A stretch of 64,000 nt of DNA from the NCBI GenBank assembly GCA_963663965.2, contig CAXXFK010000013.1:32001-96000 (forward strand), written 5' to 3'. The stretch comes from Sedimentisphaerales bacterium. Its GTDB lineage: Bacteria > Planctomycetota > Phycisphaerae > Sedimentisphaerales > SM23-30. Positions 19,117 to 28,900 of the stretch are shown here, one piece after another. Each line of letters opens with the position of its first letter. The first letter of the stretch is position 1. Made by a program: the position numbers and the translations under genes. A model generated the notes under the pieces. It did not search any database and was not told the DNA's origin. It saw only the letters and a list, made by a program, of their open reading frames with translations.

Positions 19117-20901
19117 ATGAAGATGTTACCTGGTATGAGTCGTTGGATAGTCATCGGAATGTTTATGTTTTCGAGCTGGTTGATTGGAAACGTTATGGCA
19201 CAGAGTGAATCAAGCTGGCCGTATGAAAACGAGACCAAAGAACAGCGCGATGCCCGGATGAAATGGTGGCGTGAGGCCCGTTTTGGCATGTTCATTCACT
19301 GGGGCGTCTATTCAGTGCCGGCCGGGACTTATGATGGCAAAGAAATCCCCGGGATCGGCGAATGGATCATGAACCGGGGCAAAATCCCGGTAGCGCGTTA
19401 TAAAAAATACGCGTCCGAGTTCAACCCGGTGAACTATGATCCGGATGCCTGGGTGAGGCTGGCCAAAGAGGCGGGCATGAAATACATTGTGATTACGTCC
19501 AAACATCATGATGGTTTTGCGCTTTTCGATTCGAAAGTGACCGACTGGGACGTGGTTGACGCCACCCCTTATGGCAAAGATCTGCTCAAACCGCTGGCGG
19601 AAGCCTGCCGCAAACATGGTATCAAACTGGGCTTCTATTATTCCCAGGCCCAGGACTGGTGTCATCCGGGCGGCGCGGCTTCCGGAGGACACTGGGATCC
19701 GGCCCAGGATGGCGATATGACCGAATATATCCGTAAAATTGCCGTGCCGCAGGTAAAAGAAATCCTGACCAATTATGGCGATCTGGCGGTGTTATGGTGG
19801 GATACCCCAACCAATATGACCCGGGAACGCGCTGATATGCTTCAGCCGCTGATCACCCTGCAACCCGGTATTATTACCAATAACCGGTTGGGCGGCGGCT
19901 ATCGGGGCGATACAGAAACCCCGGAACAGCATATCCCGGCCACGGGATATAAAGATCGCGACTGGGAAACCTGTATGACGATGAATGGCACCTGGGGCTT
20001 CAAGAGCTACGATCACAACTGGAAATCGACCACGACTTTGCTGCGCAACCTGGTTGATATTGCCAGTAAAGGCGGCAATTATCTGCTCAATGTCGGACCG
20101 ACCTCATTGGGAGAAATTCCCCAGCCCAGTATCGATCGGCTCAAAGAAGTCGGCCAGTGGATGAAAGTGAATGGCGAGTCCATTTATGACACATCGGCAA
20201 CGCCGTTTGCCAAACTGGCGTGGGGACGTTGTACCAAAAAAGTGGAAGGTAACAGCACGACTTTATATTTGCATGTATTCGAATGGCCGGAAGATGGCGA
20301 ATTGGTGGTGCCGGGCCTCAATTTGAAAAAAGCCTCGGCGCGCGCTTATATGCTGGCCAATGGAAAAGTGGTAAAGCTGACTTCCAATGATGACTGCGCT
20401 GTTCTGAAAGTCGGGAAAAAGGCGATTGATCCGATCGACACCGTGGTCGTATTGAAAGTAACCGGCCCCTATGATATTGTTAAGATGTTGCCGATACAAA
20501 GCAGTTCGGGTATTTTAATGCTGTCGCCCGAACTGGCGGAGATCCATAATCCAGCCGGCGCTGAAGCGCAGGTGGAAAGTAAAGGCGACAAGCCCAATAT
20601 CGGCTTCTGGACCAATTCTCAGGCATGGCTGGAATGGTCGTTCAAGATCAATAAACCGGGACAGTATATCGTTGAAACAGAAATTGCCATGCAGAATGGC
20701 AAGAGCCAGTTCGAATTAAGTTATGGCGAGCAGAAAATTGTTGTCGATGTCGCCTCGACCGGCAGTTATGACACATTTAAACCGGTAACGCTCGGCAAAA
20801 TCGATCTGACCGCCGGTGATGGTAAGCTTGTCATTAAACCAGTGCGTGATCAATGGAGCCCGATCAATCTTAGAGCCATTGTACTGAAACCGGCTCAATA
20901 A
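19117..20901 (+). CDS. Alpha-L-fucosidase (GH29) with C-terminal CBM-like beta-sandwich
   Basis: Signal peptide, WWREARFGMFIHWG, KHHDGF, LWWDTP, GGNYLLNVGP, plus an extra ~135-aa C-terminal domain (NIGFWTNSQAWLEWSF..STGSYDTF). Confidence 0.93.
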   Translation: MKMLPGMSRWIVIGMFMFSSWLIGNVMAQSESSWPYENETKEQRDARMKWWREARFGMFIHWGVYSVPAGTYDGKEIPGIGEWIMNRGKIPVARYKKYASEFNPVNYDPDAWVRLAKEAGMKYIVITSKHHDGFALFDSKVTDWDVVDATPYGKDLLKPLAEACRKHGIKLGFYYSQAQDWCHPGGAASGGHWDPAQDGDMTEYIRKIAVPQVKEILTNYGDLAVLWWDTPTNMTRERADMLQPLITLQPGIITNNRLGGGYRGDTETPEQHIPATGYKDRDWETCMTMNGTWGFKSYDHNWKSTTTLLRNLVDIASKGGNYLLNVGPTSLGEIPQPSIDRLKEVGQWMKVNGESIYDTSATPFAKLAWGRCTKKVEGNSTTLYLHVFEWPEDGELVVPGLNLKKASARAYMLANGKVVKLTSNDDCAVLKVGKKAIDPIDTVVVLKVTGPYDIVKMLPIQSSSGILMLSPELAEIHNPAGAEAQVESKGDKPNIGFWTNSQAWLEWSFKINKPGQYIVETEIAMQNGKSQFELSYGEQKIVVDVASTGSYDTFKPVTLGKIDLTAGDGKLVIKPVRDQWSPINLRAIVLKPAQ

Positions 20902-20952
20902 TATGCTGGTCCAATTTATAAAATAACCAAACCCACTTTTGGAGAATTTGCT

Positions 20953-22656
20953 ATGGTTAAAGCACAATCGCTAGGCATAACTCAAGATGCCAGCCCATCG
21001 ATTCCAGTGATTGGGGTATTCGCCCCGTGCGACCCCCGGATCGATGCCGACAGCCGTCAACGCGCCCAGAATATCGTTGGATTAGTAGCCGACGCGATCA
21101 GTGGACAGGTCGTATTGCCCGACAAAACCCCGGTGCCGGTGGTCTTTTCGCCGGTGCTGGTTGACAGCGAACGTCAGGCCGATATTGTGGCGCGTCAGTT
21201 TCGACAGGCCGGGGTTAATATTCTGGTCTGCGCCCCGGATACCTGGGCGTTTCCTCAACTGACCACTATCTCACTTTTGCAGCAGTTTCCCAAAGAAACT
21301 CCGCTGAATATAACCTGCGGTAACAGTGGGCCCAAGCCCGGCGTGGTGTATGCTCATGCCTTAAGCGGCGCGATCAGCCAGTACGGCAAAATGGTGCATC
21401 TGAATGTCGGCAACTGGCCGGATACCGGTTTAAAACCGGCGATGACAAAACCCACAGCCACAGCCCTGATCGACTGGTGTTATGCCGCGGTGACGGCAGT
21501 TGCCTTGCGCGGCCGCCGGGCGATGGTTTTTGGCCATGATTCAATGGGTATGGAAACGGCCCTGGCTCATATTATTCCGACCCGCAATACCTTTGGCGTT
21601 GAAATCACACGTCTGGATATGAAACTGCTGGCGGATATGCTGGCCAAGGAAGCGTATGACAAAGAAGAACTCAAGGCCTTGCGCGGCTGGATTGACAAGA
21701 ACCTGGGTAAGCGTCTGGAATTGAAAACAGAGGCCGACAGCAAACGGTTCGACCAGTCATTAGCCATGTACCTGATCAATCGCGATCTGATGCGTGACCT
21801 GAACGCCGTGGGCGGCGGATTCATGAGTCAGCTGGAATGGGGCAGCGATAAACGCGGACTGCCCTTGCCGGTGGCGGATGCCATGGAATCAATGTTCAAC
21901 AGCACCTTCGATCATACCGGAACCAAGGCCCCGCTGCCCTACGCGACCGAGGCGGATGTCCAGGGGCTGCTGACAATGCTGTTCTTTACCTGGCTGTCCG
22001 GCGGTAATCCACCCTTGTTTATGGACTTCCGCAAAGTCTGGGAAAGCTGGGAAATTAAGGCTCTGGCCAAGAAACTCAAAATTGCAGTACCGGCCAAGGC
22101 CGATTATATCGTCAAAGGGCTGGTGGATGGTGACAACTCCGGCAGCGCCGCCTTTGACTGGGCCGCCAAACCCGGCACCAGTATCGCGTCGATTATGAAG
22201 GGTATCTCCATGCCGCTGGCTGATGAGGGATATTTCCCGGGCGGCGGCAACAGTGTAACCTTTATGACGCCCGCTGGAATTCAAGGCATTGCCGGCCGTC
22301 TGGCCTACAGCAGTCTGACCAATCAATTCAGTTTGATCTGGGATGAAGCCTGGACCACCAGTGTGCCGGCCAAGCTGGGTAAGGCCATGTGTAATCTGAC
22401 CACCCCAACCTGGCCGCATACCTTTGTTGTGCCGAAATACGCCAGTATGGTTGAGTATAAACAGTATGCCCCGGCGAACCATTTCCACATGACCTGGAAC
22501 CTGCCGGTAGCCCGGTTACAATACTGGATGGATCTGACCGGGATAAACAGCGCCACCCCCTGGGCTGCCCGTCCGAAGTTTATCGAAGGCGTGGATCGTC
22601 CGCTGCCTTTGATTTACCATTTGAACGGCGGTGAAGCGAATTATAAGTCGCTGTAA
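20953..22656 (+). CDS. fucI: L-fucose isomerase family protein
   Basis: DPRID N-terminus, metal ligands ATEAD / FMDFRKVW / ANHFH, PTWPHTF; follows two fucosidases. Confidence 0.85.
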   Translation: MVKAQSLGITQDASPSIPVIGVFAPCDPRIDADSRQRAQNIVGLVADAISGQVVLPDKTPVPVVFSPVLVDSERQADIVARQFRQAGVNILVCAPDTWAFPQLTTISLLQQFPKETPLNITCGNSGPKPGVVYAHALSGAISQYGKMVHLNVGNWPDTGLKPAMTKPTATALIDWCYAAVTAVALRGRRAMVFGHDSMGMETALAHIIPTRNTFGVEITRLDMKLLADMLAKEAYDKEELKALRGWIDKNLGKRLELKTEADSKRFDQSLAMYLINRDLMRDLNAVGGGFMSQLEWGSDKRGLPLPVADAMESMFNSTFDHTGTKAPLPYATEADVQGLLTMLFFTWLSGGNPPLFMDFRKVWESWEIKALAKKLKIAVPAKADYIVKGLVDGDNSGSAAFDWAAKPGTSIASIMKGISMPLADEGYFPGGGNSVTFMTPAGIQGIAGRLAYSSLTNQFSLIWDEAWTTSVPAKLGKAMCNLTTPTWPHTFVVPKYASMVEYKQYAPANHFHMTWNLPVARLQYWMDLTGINSATPWAARPKFIEGVDRPLPLIYHLNGGEANYKSL

Positions 22657-22684
22657 CCAGATATTTGAATCATCAATAACAACG

Positions 22685-22726
22685 AACGGTTCTGGATTCT
22701 AATTAAAATCCAGAACCGTTTTTTTA
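22685..22726 (+). terminator. Rho-independent terminator of the fucose operon
   Basis: AACGGTTCTGGATT-N8-AATCCAGAACCGTT followed by a T run. Confidence 0.9.
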
Positions 22727-22941
22727 TTAGATGAGTAAGAATCGACAGACCGGCCCGGTCAGCAGGTAGAATCAGTACATTTTCCAGGGATTTTTGATAA
22801 TGTTTTCGTATGGCTTACGTCTAACAAATCAATAAAGTAATCCGACAGCATGACAAAAGGAGTGGCCTGGCTAATCGGCAATGTTTTTTTAAAGCATTGT
22901 TATGAAGTAAGTTATGTTTTACAGAACGATTTCGATTAATG

Positions 22942-22970
22942 TTGATTTATATAAGATGTCCAGTTAATAT
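22942..22970 (+). promoter_or_regulatory. Putative sigma70-type promoter for the yqiJ-flotillin-ATPase operon
   Basis: TTGATT-17 nt-TAATAT, 56 nt upstream of the ATG at 23027. Confidence 0.45.
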
Positions 22971-23026
22971 GGTATTGGCATCATAGAACAGAGACAGGTT
23001 TAGAGTGTTATCTTAAGGAGCAAACC

Positions 23027-23692
23027 ATGTTGGAACTGATTCAGGAGGCATTTTTGCCGGTCAATATGGCCTTTACGATTATCCTGATCGTTGTGGTTAT
23101 CTATTGGATTACCGTCATTTTCGGCGCACTGGATATCAGTTTCCTGGATATCGATTTTGATGTGGACGGTGATGTCGATTTGGATGTCGATATCGATGCG
23201 GATGGCGATATCGCGGGGGCACATGGCGGGGGAGTTTTGCAATCGATTTTTGAATTTATGTATGTCGGTGAAATCCCGGTAATGATTTTATTCAGTGTCA
23301 TGGGATTTTCCATGTGGGTCATATCGATATTATCAAATTATTATTTTAATCCGGACCGTTCGTTTATCGCCGCCATCCCAATCCAGCTGGCTAATTTTGT
23401 TGTCAGCGCCGCTATCTGGAAAGTGATTGGTATGAAGCTGGCAGGCTTTTTCAAGAAACTGGATGATGTAGCCAAACCCCGTAAAATGATGGGTGAAATC
23501 TGTGTTTTGAAAACATCGGCTTCCCATGAACTTGGGCAGGCCGAACTGGTCAGTTCTGGAGAATCGATTTTACTGAATGTAATAACCCATGATGGCGAAC
23601 GTCTGGAACGGGGACAGGAGGTTGTGATTGTTGGAAAGAATGATGAGAAAGGAATTTATGTTGTCAAAGCGTTGGAAATGGAATTAAATTAG
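23027..23692 (+). CDS. YqiJ/DUF1449 NfeD-like membrane protein with C-terminal OB-fold
   Basis: Hydrophobic segments, Asp-alternating linker DIDFDVDGDVDLDVDIDADGD, GEIPVMILFS, C-terminal NfeD-like OB-fold (GQAEL..LERGQEVVIV), AAGGAG RBS; immediately upstream of the flotillin. Confidence 0.8.
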   Translation: MLELIQEAFLPVNMAFTIILIVVVIYWITVIFGALDISFLDIDFDVDGDVDLDVDIDADGDIAGAHGGGVLQSIFEFMYVGEIPVMILFSVMGFSMWVISILSNYYFNPDRSFIAAIPIQLANFVVSAAIWKVIGMKLAGFFKKLDDVAKPRKMMGEICVLKTSASHELGQAELVSSGESILLNVITHDGERLERGQEVVIVGKNDEKGIYVVKALEMELN

Positions 23693-23734
23693 ACGTAAAC
23701 AGTGATTTCAGGTGAATAGAACAGGAGTTAGCAC

Positions 23735-25807
23735 ATGATGAATTTTGGAATGATCGCAGGGATTGAACAGGTAATAACAGGTGTGGTTATTGCGGCCATC
23801 GTGATATTTTTTATTGGGATTGTTGCATTTATTTCAAGTTTTTATCGAAAAGTGGCACAGGGTGAAGCATTGATTGTTAACGGTATGGGAGGGCCCAAAG
23901 TGAGTTTTTCGGGTGCGGTGGTTATACCTATTCTGCATAAAGCAGAATATATGGATATTTCGGTGAAGCGAATTTCGGTTGACCGGAAAGGGGCGCAGGG
24001 TTTGATCTGTCAGGATAACCTCCGAGCGGATATTCAGGTGGCGTTTTTTGTCCGGGTGAATAATACTGTGGAAGATGTTAAAAAGGTGGCTCAGGCATTG
24101 GGTTGCGAACGGGCGTCAGATGAAAAGGCTCTGTATGAATTGTTTGACGCGAAGTTTTCTGAGGCGCTCAAGACCGTGGGTAAACGGTTCGATTTTACCG
24201 AACTGTATACCTCGCGCCTTGAGTTCAAGGAAGAAATTCTCAAGATCATCGGCACGGATTTGAATGGGTATGTGCTGGAAGACGTGGCGATCGATTACCT
24301 GGAGCAGACAGATAAGGAACTGATGAATCCCAATAATATTCTGGATGCCGAAGGTATCAAGAAGATCACCGTGCTGACCGCGGAACAGTTTGAGATGGCT
24401 AACTCCCGCGAACGGGAAAAGGACAAGACCATCACCCAGCAGAATGTGGAGGCCCAGGAAGCCATTCTGGAGTTGAACCGGCAACTGGCCGAAGCGGATG
24501 CCAAGCAGAAACGGGAAGTGGCCACTGCCCAGGCGCGTGAAGAAGCGGAGACAAAAAAGATTCAGGCGGAAGAACGGCAGAAATTTGAAAAAGCCCGCAT
24601 TCAGGCCGATGAAGAGATCCAGGTAGCTGAAGAAAACCGCCAGCGTCAGGTGATTGTGGCGGCCAAGAATAAGGAACGTACCAACGCGATCGAGACGGAG
24701 CGCGTTGAGAAAGACCGAGGTCTGGAAGCGACCGAACGCGAACGGCTGGTGTCGATCGCTCAAATGGAAAAAGAAAAGGTGGTAGAAGACAAGAAACGCG
24801 AGGTGCAACTGGTGATCCGGGATCGGGTAACCGTGGAGAAGACGGTTGCTGAAGAAGAAGAGAAAATCAAGGATACCCGGGACTTTGCCGGCGCCGATCG
24901 TCGCAAGAAGGTGACGATTACCAAGGCGGAAGAAGATGCCGAATCCGCCCTGGTGAAGGATATCAAGGCGGCGGAAGCGGCCAAACGGGCATCGGAATTG
25001 CTGGCGCAAAAGCAGTTGATCGAGGCCGACGCCAACGAAAAAGCCGCGACCAAGAATGCCGACGCGAAAAAGACCCTGGCCGAAGCGGCGGTTAAAGAAC
25101 ATGCCGTATCGGGAGTTGCCGAAGCGGAAGTCTTGCAGGCCAAGGCCGTTGCGATTGAAAAACAGGGCGCCGCCGAAGCCAATGTCATGATCGCCAAGGC
25201 CGGCGCGCTGGAAAAACAGGGGAATGCCGAAGCCAGTGTCATGTCGCAGAAATATCATGCCGAGGCGGATGGTATCCGTGACAAAGCCGAAGCCATGAAG
25301 ATCTTCGACGCAGTCGGCAAGGAACACGAAGAGTTCAAACTGAAGTTGAACAAGGAACTGGAAGTGGAACTGGCCCAGATTCGCGTGCAGAAGGATATTG
25401 CCGAGCAGCAGGCGATTGTGATCAGTCAGGCGCTCAAGTCGGCCCAGATCGATATCGTTGGCGGCGAAAACACCTTCTTCGAGAAACTGGTTAACTCGAT
25501 TACGGTCGGTAAGAGTATCGACCGGCTGGTGAACCACAGTCAGGTGGTGGGCGATATCCGCAATACGTTTTTGAGCAGCGGCGATCCGGATGAAACTATG
25601 AAATCGATTCGGAATTTCATCTCCCGGTTTGGCCTGAAGGCCACCGATATCCGTGACCTGTCGGTGGCGGCGCTGATGATGAAAATGATCGATCAGGCCG
25701 ATGACGCCGAAACCAAAGGGTTGCTGCACAATTTGATGGATACCGCCAAAAATGTCGGAATCGATCAGATGGCGGTCAAGAACATTTTGAATCGCGGCAA
25801 AAACTAA
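23735..25807 (+). CDS. Flotillin / SPFH (band-7) family protein, YqiK-like
   Basis: N-terminal TM, YRKVAQGEALIV, GLICQDNLRADIQVAFFVRVN SPFH core, long AEA/EKE coiled coil, IDIVGGE tail. Confidence 0.92.
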   Translation: MMNFGMIAGIEQVITGVVIAAIVIFFIGIVAFISSFYRKVAQGEALIVNGMGGPKVSFSGAVVIPILHKAEYMDISVKRISVDRKGAQGLICQDNLRADIQVAFFVRVNNTVEDVKKVAQALGCERASDEKALYELFDAKFSEALKTVGKRFDFTELYTSRLEFKEEILKIIGTDLNGYVLEDVAIDYLEQTDKELMNPNNILDAEGIKKITVLTAEQFEMANSREREKDKTITQQNVEAQEAILELNRQLAEADAKQKREVATAQAREEAETKKIQAEERQKFEKARIQADEEIQVAEENRQRQVIVAAKNKERTNAIETERVEKDRGLEATERERLVSIAQMEKEKVVEDKKREVQLVIRDRVTVEKTVAEEEEKIKDTRDFAGADRRKKVTITKAEEDAESALVKDIKAAEAAKRASELLAQKQLIEADANEKAATKNADAKKTLAEAAVKEHAVSGVAEAEVLQAKAVAIEKQGAAEANVMIAKAGALEKQGNAEASVMSQKYHAEADGIRDKAEAMKIFDAVGKEHEEFKLKLNKELEVELAQIRVQKDIAEQQAIVISQALKSAQIDIVGGENTFFEKLVNSITVGKSIDRLVNHSQVVGDIRNTFLSSGDPDETMKSIRNFISRFGLKATDIRDLSVAALMMKMIDQADDAETKGLLHNLMDTAKNVGIDQMAVKNILNRGKN

Positions 25808-25817
25808 ACAGGACTTG

Positions 25818-25862
25818 AAAGCGGTTTTGTGCCCGGTGATTACTGGGGCATGAAACCGCTTT
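25818..25862 (+). terminator. Stem-loop between the flotillin and ATPase genes (partial terminator or mRNA stabiliser)
   Basis: AAAGCGGTTTTGTGCCC...GGGCATGAAACCGCTTT with only a weak T tail. Confidence 0.55.
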
Positions 25863-25907
25863 ATTCATATTAACGCACAGTATTCTGCAGAGAGCGGTAA
25901 GGGACTT

Positions 25908-28900
25908 ATGGCAGAGAATACCACCCATGCGAATGAAACGGCGGCCGCCGGCGGTGACCAACTGCAAAGCGGCAGTTATGAAATTATCCGTAACCGGCTT
26001 TTAACCCACGGCAAGGATTTACGTCAGCGACTGGATCAGCTGAACGCCGCGCGTAAGGAAGTATTCGGCGCGATTGAAACGAAGCTGCTGGCCAGCGAAC
26101 GGATCACCACGGATAATAATTGTGTGCCGCGGGATATGGTCTGTATCGGCAGTAAGATTCTGTTCGGTTACAATGTCTTTATCGGCTTACGGTCCGAAAC
26201 GGTTTTAACCGATGTCTTTGCGGTTTATGACTGGCAGGATGGCGCGTTTAACCGTACAGATCTTAAACTGATCGAACAGGATAAATTCATCACCGACTTT
26301 AAGAACCTGTATAAATATTACCGTCAGACCGTGTTTGCCAAATTCGCGGTGATTGGCCCGCACCTGTTTATGGTCTTTCGGATCGGTAAATCCGTGACAG
26401 ATGTCAAGACCTTTAAATGGCTGCTGCGCGGTGATGAACTGGTGTATCTGGATAATCGCAGCGATCACGAATTTGTCTTTCCGCCCCAGCATGAATTTGA
26501 ATGGCGGCGAACCACCCAGGATATGCATCGGGGCGGCGCCAATCCGCATATCTCCATCGAAGACCGGATCTTTGTCGAAACGGTAGGGGGAGACCTGACG
26601 GTCAAGATCGAAGATAATACCGCTTCCGGAGAAGGCATTTATGCCGAACCGGTGGATAACGCCGATCAGACGCTCAGTGACGCGGAAATTTATTATGCCA
26701 TTGTCGGCAATATCATCCTGTTGAAGATCCTGCCTTATCAGGAAACCAGATACCGTTACCTGGTTTATAACGAAAAGGTCCAGCAATGCACCCGAATCGA
26801 CGCCATCCGGGAGGCGTGCGTCTTGCTGCCCGATGATCACGGCTTGATCTTCCCACGCGGCTGTTATCTGCAGACGGGCGAACGCAAACAGTTCGATACC
26901 GACCTGAAAGATATGGTCTATGAAAAACGTATCGATTCACCCAACGGAGAAGATTATCTCTATATCTTCTTCAATCGCGAGCAGGGCGCTTATGTGCTGT
27001 TGTCGTATAATCTGATTGAACAGAAAGTGGCAACGCCCATCGTCTGTCATGGTTATCTGATCATGAAGGATGGCACGCTGTTGTATTTCAAAGATGATGG
27101 CGAGCCGAAAAAACATCACGCGGTCCAGACCTGGCAAACCCCGTATTATGGCCCGGACCATGCCATTCCCGTTCAGCAGGAATCGGAACTCTATAAGATC
27201 GGCAATAAGGATATCGTCAAATGCATGGCGGAATGCACCGAATTGCTGAACCTGTCCGGTAAAGAAGAGTCCTTCGTTAATCTATATATCGATATTTCAC
27301 GCAAGGCCCAGGATATACTCGATTCCTATTTCTGGATCAAAAACGCCGCGACCTTTACCCTGGCCGATCCGTTACGCCAGATCCAGGAAGCCGCCACCGC
27401 GGCCATTGAAGAATATGAGAAAGTGGTCCGTACCCGTCGCAATACCCGTGATCAGATCGATAAGACCCATAAAAAAGTGCGGGAGATTATCGATGGGATC
27501 GATTTTGACACCCTGACCGGGATCGGGCAATTCGTCGAAGGATTATCGCAGTTACGCAGTGTCCGGGGTGAAGTGGTTTCGCTCAAAGATCTGAATTATA
27601 CCGATCTGGAACTGGTCGAAGCGCTGGAAACCGAAGTGGCGGAGGTGACCGAAAAACTATCCGGTCTGTGTGTTGAGTTTCTGCTCACTGAGGAGGCGCT
27701 GACGCCTTACCAGGAACTGGTAGCGGCCAATGGTGAACAGGTTAAACAAGTGTCCAAAGTGACTGAAGTGCGCGAACTTGAGCAGCAGATCGGCCAGACC
27801 GCGACGGAACTGGATATGCTGACCGAAATTGTCAGCAATCTGAAAATCGAGGATGCCACCCAGACCGTGGCGATTATCGATAATATCTCGCTGGTATTCG
27901 CGGAACTGAATAAAGTGAAAGCGGTTTTGAAGAACCGCCTGAACGATCTGGCCACCACCGAGAGCAAGGCGGAGTTCGCTTCCCAGATCAAATTAATCGA
28001 CCAGACCACCATCAATTACCTGGATGTCTGTCATACCCCGGATAAATGCGATGAATACCTGACCAAGGTAGTCGTTCAGCTGGAAACGCTGGAAAGCAAG
28101 TTTGCCGATTTTGATGAGTTTGTACTGGAACTGACCGACAAGCGCGAAGAAATCTATAACGCGTTCGAATCGCGCAAGGCGCAACTGGTGGCGGCGCGCA
28201 ACCAGAAAGCCGCGGCCCTGATGACGGCTTCCGAACGGATGCTGAAAGGAATTGAAAACCGGATCCGGGATTTTGCGGATATCAACCAGATCAACGGCTA
28301 TTTTGCCTCCGATCTGATGGTGGAGCGCGTCCGTGAAACCATCGCGAAATTGCTGGAGTTGGGCGATTCAGTCAAGGCGGATGATATCAAGAGCCGCCTC
28401 AAGACTTTGCAGCAGGATGGCGTGCGTCAACTGAAAGACAAGCAGGCGCTTTATGAAGATGGCGAAACTATTATCCGGCTGGGTGATCATCGGTTCTCGG
28501 TTAACAAGCAGCCGCTGGAAGGCAGCCTGGTGCGTCGCGATGATCAATTGTATTTTCATCTGTCGGGAACCGGTTTTTATCAGCACGTGTTGGATGAAGG
28601 ATTGGAATCCACGCGCGATGTCTGGGATATGCAGGCAGTATCGGAAAACAACCGGGTTTATCGTGGCGAATATCTGGCCTACTTGCTCTTGCGGGAATTG
28701 AAACAGGCCCCGGCCGAACTGGATTCGCTGCGGCAGGGCGGATTGGAAGCGATCCTAAATAGGGTACGCCAGTTTATGGCGCCCCGTTACGCGGAAGGCT
28801 ATGTGAAAGGGGTGCACGATCATGACGCGGCGCTGATCCTGGAGCGTCTGATTCATCTGGAATCGACTATTGGTTTGTTGCGTTATACCAGCCGGACCCG

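Noticed and set aside
24116..25729. 537-aa antisense ORF over the flotillin
   Set aside because: Shadow ORF caused by the codon bias of the coiled-coil gene; F/L/G-rich with no recognisable motif
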